From a virus (lineage: Duplodnaviria > Caudoviricetes), in the IMG/VR virus record IMGVR_UViG_2857083903_000001, positions 22,883-86,882 of that record: a stretch of 64,000 nt of DNA, one strand, 5' to 3'. Within the stretch, counting starts at the first letter, position 1; each line of letters opens with the position of its first letter. Below the pieces are notes generated by a model, which saw only the letters and a program-made list of their open reading frames with translations, was not told the origin of the DNA and made no database searches. Of this stretch, positions 58,549 through 64,000 are shown piece by piece. The position numbers and the translations under genes are program-made.

Positions 58549-58725
58549 CTAGGCGCGAATGCTGCCGCCCTTCCCCTGGCTGTCCCGCCACGCATTCAGG
58601 ACGCCCGCGCAGCCCTCACACAAGGGGCTGCCACCCGGCCCGTAGCGGACGGTAGGAGCCTGGCAGCCGGTACACGGGCCAACCTGAGACGGGGAAGGGG
58701 CGGGAGCACTAACGGGACTGGTCAC
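58549..58725 (-). CDS. Small zinc-finger-like protein
   Basis: CTGC...RYG...LCEGC. Confidence 0.4.
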   Translation of the reverse strand: MTSPVSAPAPSPSQVGPCTGCQAPTVRYGPGGSPLCEGCAGVLNAWRDSQGKGGSIRA

Positions 58726-58786
58726 ATCCCCATCGTACGTACCAGCCCCGCAGCCACGGCGGCCGCCTCGCAGCACCATCCATGCA

Positions 58787-59095
58787 CTAGCTGGCGCTCG
58801 GAGTAGGCGTCGGAACCTCCGAACAGATCCGGTCCGCAGCCTGCCGCATCTGCGCAGTGATATCCGCCGCCCTGTCATTACGGAGAATCGCCCACAGTGC
58901 GCACGTCAACTGCTGCTGATCCGTACGCTGCGCCAGCCCAGCCGTCTGCCCGGACCGCAGAGTAGTCAGACGGTCCTGGGCTCGGGAGTTCTGCCACATG
59001 AGGACTGCGGCGAGGACCATGACCAGGGACAGGACGGCCGCGATGACCGGGGTGGTGTCGTGTCGTACCCGGTGAGGTGTTCCAGAGATGGCCAT
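58787..59095 (-). CDS. Membrane-anchored protein in the lysis region
   Basis: RBS AAAGGAGG; TM segment + Cys pair. Confidence 0.6.
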   Translation of the reverse strand: MAISGTPHRVRHDTTPVIAAVLSLVMVLAAVLMWQNSRAQDRLTTLRSGQTAGLAQRTDQQQLTCALWAILRNDRAADITAQMRQAADRICSEVPTPTPSAS

Positions 59096-59107
59096 GGGGG
59101 CCTCCTT

Positions 59108-59791
59108 TCAGCGGGTGATCAGCCCCAGCAGGCTGGGCAGCAATGGGGTGTCGCTCGGTGCCGGGGATGCCGAGCCGGTGGGTTCGGCATCGCTGCCGGC
59201 GCTACTGGAGGTGGTGCGACGGCATACGAGGGTGTCAGGGTCGTTCGGATCGGGTTGGAGGCTGTAGCCGTCCGGGCAGGTCTGACCGTCCTTGCCGTCC
59301 CGGCCGTCGGCGCCGTCCTTGCCGGGCTTGCCATCCGAGCCGTTCTGCCCGGACTGGCCGGCCGCGCCAGACGGCCCCGGAGAACCCGCGGCGCCGGGCA
59401 GGCCAGGGACTCCGCTCGCGCCCGGAATACCGCTCGTTCCGGGCGGTCCTGGTGACCCCACCGACCCTGGGGAACCTTGCGGGCCGGGCACCGTGGACGA
59501 CGGACCGGGAGAGCCACTATCTCCGGTGTCACCCTTGTCGCCTTTCTGGCCGGGCAGTCCGTCACCGTCCCGGCCCGGCTTTCCCGACGGGCCGACGACA
59601 GGGGTGGCGCCGAGGTCACGGACCTGCTGGGCAAGTAAGTCCCGCTGCCGGTTCGCGTCGTGCAGGGACGCCGACAGATCCTGCATCGTCACCACGATCC
59701 AGCCGAGCACCACCACCAGCAGTGCCATCCCCACCAGCCACAGCAGATCGGTGCGACGCCTACGCCTGCGTGACACCGCCGACTCCCTCAT
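59108..59791 (-). CDS. Membrane-anchored collagen-like protein
   Basis: TM, coiled coil, long Gly-X-Y run, CPDGY..LVC. Confidence 0.85.
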   Translation of the reverse strand: MRESAVSRRRRRRTDLLWLVGMALLVVVLGWIVVTMQDLSASLHDANRQRDLLAQQVRDLGATPVVGPSGKPGRDGDGLPGQKGDKGDTGDSGSPGPSSTVPGPQGSPGSVGSPGPPGTSGIPGASGVPGLPGAAGSPGPSGAAGQSGQNGSDGKPGKDGADGRDGKDGQTCPDGYSLQPDPNDPDTLVCRRTTSSSAGSDAEPTGSASPAPSDTPLLPSLLGLITR

Positions 59792-60135
59792 CCGCTCGAC
59801 CCCCTACTGGCCAGATAGACCTGCAACAGAAGAAGCAGGAGGGGGACGACCAGTGCGGTCAGGATGAGCCGCTTGTCCCCGGCCCGCCGGTTCTCGGCTT
59901 CGCGCTGTTCTTGTTGGCGCCGCTCTGCCTCTCGGGCGCGTTCTTCTTCGATGGCACCGACGCGCATCATGAGTGCTTGGTGTCGGTCGTCCTGCGCCTG
60001 CTGTTGCAGGGCGAGAAGGCTGGCGTCGACCTTGGTGTCCAGGCGCCCCGCGAGGGTGCGCATGTCTTCCTTGAGGTCGTCGAATCCGGCGTCCAGGCGA
60101 CGAGCCAGCTCTCCGTTGGTCGGCTCGTCGCCCAT
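59788..60135 (-). CDS. Coiled-coil protein with C-terminal TM (lysis cassette)
   Basis: [10 protein letters not shown]; RBS AGGAG. Confidence 0.7.
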   Translation of the reverse strand: MGDEPTNGELARRLDAGFDDLKEDMRTLAGRLDTKVDASLLALQQQAQDDRHQALMMRVGAIEEERAREAERRQQEQREAENRRAGDKRLILTALVVPLLLLLLQVYLASRGSSG

Positions 60136-60152
60136 GGCAGCGGCTCCTAAGT

Positions 60153-60512
60153 TCAGGCGTCCTGCCGCGCGACGGCGGCGGCCGGGACCGGAGCGATGAC
60201 CTGGGTGCGGTCCCACATGCCGATGACGACGGTCACCGCGGCCATGACGACGGCCTGCTGGTCCGCGGACCAGTCCAGGCCGAAGCCGAGCGCGAGGGCC
60301 AGCGCGGACTGGGCGAACCCGATGAGGGCGGCGCCGAGGCCGTCGCTGGCCAGGAGGGCGATGAGAACGCCCATCCCGGCTGCGGCGACGGCGTTGATGG
60401 ATGCCTGCTGCTCGGCGGACACGTCCAGGCCGAACGCGGCGAGCAGCTTCACGGCGACGGCGATGACGCTCAGCCATGCGGCCGGTTCGCGGCCGAAGAG
60501 TCTGGTGGACAC
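60153..60512 (-). CDS. Holin-like four-TM protein
   Basis: FGREPA, internal duplication, directly after the endolysin. Confidence 0.75.
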   Translation of the reverse strand: MSTRLFGREPAAWLSVIAVAVKLLAAFGLDVSAEQQASINAVAAAGMGVLIALLASDGLGAALIGFAQSALALALGFGLDWSADQQAVVMAAVTVVIGMWDRTQVIAPVPAAAVARQDA

Positions 60513-60544
60513 GGTTTCTCCCGATGGATGGGTGTTGGGTGGGT

Positions 60545-61708
60545 TCAGACCTTGGGAACGCGGAGCTTGTCCCAGGACGCCTTGCCGGGGATGCCGTCGG
60601 CCGCGGTGCCGGTGTAGCCGAGCTTGCGCTGCCAGGCGGCGTAGGAGTCGCGGTCGACGGTGGTCCAGTTCGGTCCCGGCCCGGACCGGTACTTGCCGCA
60701 GCCGACGGCTACCAGGCGGCGCCCCATCGCGGTGATGATCGGGCTGTGACGGCCGCCGTGGAAGAACCCAGCGCCGGGGAACGGCTCGTACTGCAAGGCG
60801 GACGGGGACGGCTTCGACGGGGCCGGCGCAGTCGACGGCTGGCCGGGCACGATGTCCGTGTTGATGGCGCCAGGGTCCCAGTGGGTCTGACCGGGGACCT
60901 GGCCGTGGGCGAAGTGGCCGCCCTTGGACTGCCACGTGCTGCGGTTCCGGGGGGTCTTGGCGACCGCTGCGGCGGTGGCGAGCGGCTTGCCCGCGGGCCA
61001 GGTGTCGGCGATGCCGTGGGCGCGCATCGCTGCCAGCAGCTTGCGGAAGTTCGGCTTGCCCGCCGGGTCGAATCCGTTCGTCCACGGGGAGGCGGCACGG
61101 CCGAGGACCTCGACCTGGATGCACACCTTGCCTTCGCGGTTGGTGCGGCGGGAGCCGTCGTTCTGCAGCGCCCGTGCGGACTGGGTGAGCGGCCCGAACT
61201 GGCCGAGCTTGTCAGAGATGGGGTCGTAGATGACCTGAGGTTCGGAGGCGACCCGGATCAGGTAGAGGGCGACCGAGTTGAAGTAGGCGTCGCCGGCCGG
61301 GGACTCGGTGGTGTGCCAGACCGCGCGGGGCGGGTTGCCGGGGTAGTCCATGGCGCCGCCGATGGACTGGTCACCGAACTTGACGACTCCGTCGATGTAG
61401 GCGGGCCCGGACGACAGGGTGCGCGGCTCGTCGGCGGTCTTGGCGCGCTTGGGTTCCGGGTCGGGCTGGTGGACGCGGTACTCGGTGGCCCCGTCGGGCA
61501 CGTACACGTCCAGGTCACCGTCGTCGCGGAGCACCATGAACGCGCCCTCGACGTGGGGGTGGTCCCGTACGAAGCGGGGGGAGGTGTCGAGCGCGGCGAT
61601 GGCCCGGACCTCGTCCACGTGCTCCTGCGTGCAGGTGCCGTGGTAGGTGGTGGTGACCTGCCCGGAGTCGGCGTCCAGGTGGTCGATGGCGACGTGGAAG
61701 GCGGTCAT
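60545..61708 (-). CDS. Endolysin: N-terminal extension + amidase-2-like + peptidoglycan-binding domain
   Basis: VWHTTE, IQVEV, H-x3-PG-x2-HWDPG; WQRKLGY..ADGIPG. Confidence 0.85.
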   Translation of the reverse strand: MTAFHVAIDHLDADSGQVTTTYHGTCTQEHVDEVRAIAALDTSPRFVRDHPHVEGAFMVLRDDGDLDVYVPDGATEYRVHQPDPEPKRAKTADEPRTLSSGPAYIDGVVKFGDQSIGGAMDYPGNPPRAVWHTTESPAGDAYFNSVALYLIRVASEPQVIYDPISDKLGQFGPLTQSARALQNDGSRRTNREGKVCIQVEVLGRAASPWTNGFDPAGKPNFRKLLAAMRAHGIADTWPAGKPLATAAAVAKTPRNRSTWQSKGGHFAHGQVPGQTHWDPGAINTDIVPGQPSTAPAPSKPSPSALQYEPFPGAGFFHGGRHSPIITAMGRRLVAVGCGKYRSGPGPNWTTVDRDSYAAWQRKLGYTGTAADGIPGKASWDKLRVPKV

Positions 61709-62529
61709 CGGGAGGCGTCCAATCGAGGCTGTACGACGTCGATGTCGTGGCGGAGGGCCTGGTAGAGGGCGAGTGACATACGAAAGTCGCCGTGGTCGGC
61801 CCAGGAGGAGGACCAGGAGTTCCGTATGCGGAGCACGGTGCGTGCGTAGTCGAGGTCGCCGTCGGGTCGGTAGGTGACGTGCTCGAGCGCGGTCACGCAC
61901 ACTTCGTGGCCGCCGGCGATGGGCGAGTCCTGCCAGTTGGGAAGGTCGTCCAGCAGGGCATGCTTGCCGGGCGGGGTGAAGAACTCCTCGTACCAGGGCA
62001 TGCCGATCAGGAGGGGCCCGGTCTGGAGGTCGCGGCAGAGTTCCTCGGCGGTGGTGGCGTGCCCGTACTGGTCGATAAGGCCGCGGCCGCGCAACGCTTT
62101 GGCGACGCCGAGGCCGGAGGAGCCGCAGTCCTGGTCGGGCCAGGCCGAGTCGTGCCACTGGTCGCGGTGGGTGGCGTCGCTGTAGAGGCCGATAGCCCAC
62201 GATTCGGCGGCGGCCGGGTCGGTGACGTCCAGGCCGGCGGCCGCCAGCTCGTCGGCGGTGTGAAGGATGGAGATGAGGGCCGTGGCCGCGTTGGCGGTGC
62301 AGGACCCGAGGGCGTCCACGTCGCCGACACCTTCGACCAGGGTGGAGGTGCGGATGCCCTGGGCGAGGAGGTCCTGCTGGTTGAGGACGGGAACCTTGGG
62401 TGCCCATTCCACGGGGTGGATGGGTTCGCCGGTGTAGCGGCGCCGGTAGGCGAGGCTGCGGGGGTCCAGGACGAGGTGCCTGCCGAGGGCAGGGGTGACC
62501 TCGTATTCGTGAATGGTCAGGTCGGGCAC
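61705..62529 (-). CDS. Papain-like (C1) cysteine peptidase
   Basis: LNQ, GSCTANA, GGHEV, RNSW. Confidence 0.8.
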   Translation of the reverse strand: MPDLTIHEYEVTPALGRHLVLDPRSLAYRRRYTGEPIHPVEWAPKVPVLNQQDLLAQGIRTSTLVEGVGDVDALGSCTANAATALISILHTADELAAAGLDVTDPAAAESWAIGLYSDATHRDQWHDSAWPDQDCGSSGLGVAKALRGRGLIDQYGHATTAEELCRDLQTGPLLIGMPWYEEFFTPPGKHALLDDLPNWQDSPIAGGHEVCVTALEHVTYRPDGDLDYARTVLRIRNSWSSSWADHGDFRMSLALYQALRHDIDVVQPRLDASR

Positions 62530-62673
62530 AGGCCCGTACTCCTGGATCTCCCCGCGCCCAGGTTTGATGGTGGCGGACCACTAGGTGTGGTCGTCCCTCG
62601 GGGGCGGATCTGCGGGCGGAGGGTCGCCCGTTGATCTCAGGCTACGGCCTGCGGGGTGGGGTGTTCCCCCTGC

Positions 62674-63003
62674 TCATTCCTCGATGGGCTGGGGGTCGAG
62701 TTTCTGCGCGGTGAGGATGGTGCAGTCTTTGCCGCAGCAGCCGTCGGCGGCGCAGACGACGCGGATGAACTTCAGTTGCCCGTTGTTGGAGTAGAACATG
62801 GGGGCTGCCTTGACGATGTTCTGCTGGGAGCAGCCGGGGGTGAGGCAGGCGAAGGTGATGGAGTACCAGGTCTGCGGTTCCCAGGTGATGGGGTCTGGTG
62901 CGGGCGGCGGGGGCGGCGGCGGGTCGGCGGGCGGCGGCCAGGCCGGCTCGGTCACGTCGGTGGTGCTGTCGGTGATATCGGGGTCGCTGCTGTCTTCGGT
63001 CAT
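62674..63003 (-). CDS. Hypothetical Pro/Cys-rich phage protein
   Basis: ATGA overlap with the tail gene. Confidence 0.6.
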   Translation of the reverse strand: MTEDSSDPDITDSTTDVTEPAWPPPADPPPPPPPAPDPITWEPQTWYSITFACLTPGCSQQNIVKAAPMFYSNNGQLKFIRVVCAADGCCGKDCTILTAQKLDPQPIEE

Positions 63004-64000
63004 GAGCCGATCACCATCCAGTTGATGTTGGTTGCGCTGGTGTTCTCACGGTTGACCCAGACGACCATGCTGGTCGCTGAGACGCTGGAGACGGCGACGC
63101 CGGTAACGCCGGCGGCGCCGACGGGTGCGCGGACGCCGGGCACTGTGGAGTTGGCGGTGGCGTAGCCGCGCCAGGTGGTTCCGGGGACCGTCGGGAAGGT
63201 GACGGTCATGCTGGTGGGGGTGCTGGCTGCGGACGGGGTGATGCTGACGGTGCCGGTGGCGATGCTGGCGGCGTTCAGGAGCCCGGTGACGGTGGTGTTG
63301 CCGTCCTTGTCGACGGTGAACTTGTCGCTGCCGTTGATGCCTGCCCGCAGCAGCGGACCGGTGTGGCCGGTGGACGCGCTGGCGTAGAGAACGGCGCTGC
63401 TGCTGGCGGGGGCGGCGACCTGCATGCGGGCGTTGTCGACGTGGACGTAGTTGGCTTCGGCGGTGACCTGGGTGTTCTTGCTGGTGTCAGTCGTGTTTTG
63501 GATACCGATGAGTGCGAACGTTTCACTGAGGGAGAGACGGCCGCCGATACGGGTGGTGTTGGGGTCGCTGTTGCGGAGGCGTTCGATGGAGGCGAAGTCT
63601 TTGGCGAGGATGGTCCGCCAGGTCATGTCGGTGAATCCGTTGCCGGCGAAGGGGCCGCATGCCTGCTCCAGGGATGCCTCGCCGGTGGTGGGCTCTGCTA
63701 CTTGGACGTAGGCGTAGTTGGTGATCCCTGCGTTGTACAGCTTGATCTGCGGGTAGGTGGTGTTCGGGTTGAGCCAGATCACGGCGCCGTTGGTGCCCTG
63801 AACGAGGAGTCCGCGGGCGGAGAGTTCGTTGATGGCGGTGCCGGCGCTGTTGTAGACGAGGAACTTGTTGACGCCGCCTTCGTTGAGGGCGATGCGTTCA
63901 CCGCTGGCTGCGGTACGGATGAGACCACCAGTGATAGTGGTTCCGTTGATGGAGCCTCCATTAATGATCTTTCCGGTAAGGGCGTCAACAGCCAAGGCTG
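63000..64000 (-). CDS. Phage minor tail/tail-fibre protein, C-terminal part (5' end outside the window)
   Basis: GKIINGGSINGTTITGGLIRTAASGER repeats; G/T/S-rich beta content; upstream of lysis genes. Confidence 0.7.
   Translation of the reverse strand, partial: ALAVDALTGKIINGGSINGTTITGGLIRTAASGERIALNEGGVNKFLVYNSAGTAINELSARGLLVQGTNGAVIWLNPNTTYPQIKLYNAGITNYAYVQVAEPTTGEASLEQACGPFAGNGFTDMTWRTILAKDFASIERLRNSDPNTTRIGGRLSLSETFALIGIQNTTDTSKNTQVTAEANYVHVDNARMQVAAPASSSAVLYASASTGHTGPLLRAGINGSDKFTVDKDGNTTVTGLLNAASIATGTVSITPSAASTPTSMTVTFPTVPGTTWRGYATANSTVPGVRAPVGAAGVTGVAVSSVSATSMVVWVNRENTSATNINWMVIGS

Larger units (their letters stand above)
1..64000. mobile_element. Segment of a conjugative plasmid-prophage (element ends not in the window)
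   Basis: TraB/Spd/Kor transfer genes, parAB, two Rep-like genes, a Cre-like recombinase and phage endolysin/holin/tail genes co-occur; no chromosomal housekeeping genes. Confidence 0.8.

Noticed and set aside
59200-59600. Repetitive GC-rich DNA
   Set aside because: Explained by Gly-X-Y collagen coding
1-64000. tRNA/rRNA genes, IS transposases, reverse transcriptase
   Set aside because: None recognised by eye; tRNAscan/Infernal would be needed to exclude small RNAs

Overview
High-GC actinobacterial DNA (Streptomyces-like, inferred from the gene families) that looks like part of a conjugative plasmid-prophage. From left to right: (1) 0.3-11 kb, a leftward transfer/spread operon with an FtsK/TraB-type translocase and a divergent GntR (Kor-like) regulator; (2) 11-14 kb, a phage-type initiator with internal iteron-like repeats plus DnaB; (3) 14-38 kb, many small early/accessory genes, including an MmyB-type regulator + type III PKS pair, a secreted metalloprotease, ssb, rusA and a WhiB-like gene; (4) 38.8-44.4 kb, a plasmid-type module with ParB, an apparently motif-permuted ParA, three 16-bp parS-like palindromes, a DciA-like gene and a second wHTH Rep-like gene; (5) 44.5-56 kb, methyltransferase, Rad52/Sak-like and regulator genes and two tyrosine-recombinase-family genes; (6) 56.2-57.9 kb, an array of unrelated small ORFs joined by a repeated 26-38 bp stop/RBS/start junction; (7) dcd, a lysis cassette and the 3' end of a tail gene. 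The best leads are the junction-repeat cassette array beside a Cre-like recombinase, the MmyB/type III PKS pair, the permuted ParA, and a six-copy promoter/operator motif. All protein calls come from motif recognition by eye; no database searches were run, and start codons were chosen from RBS and overlap evidence.
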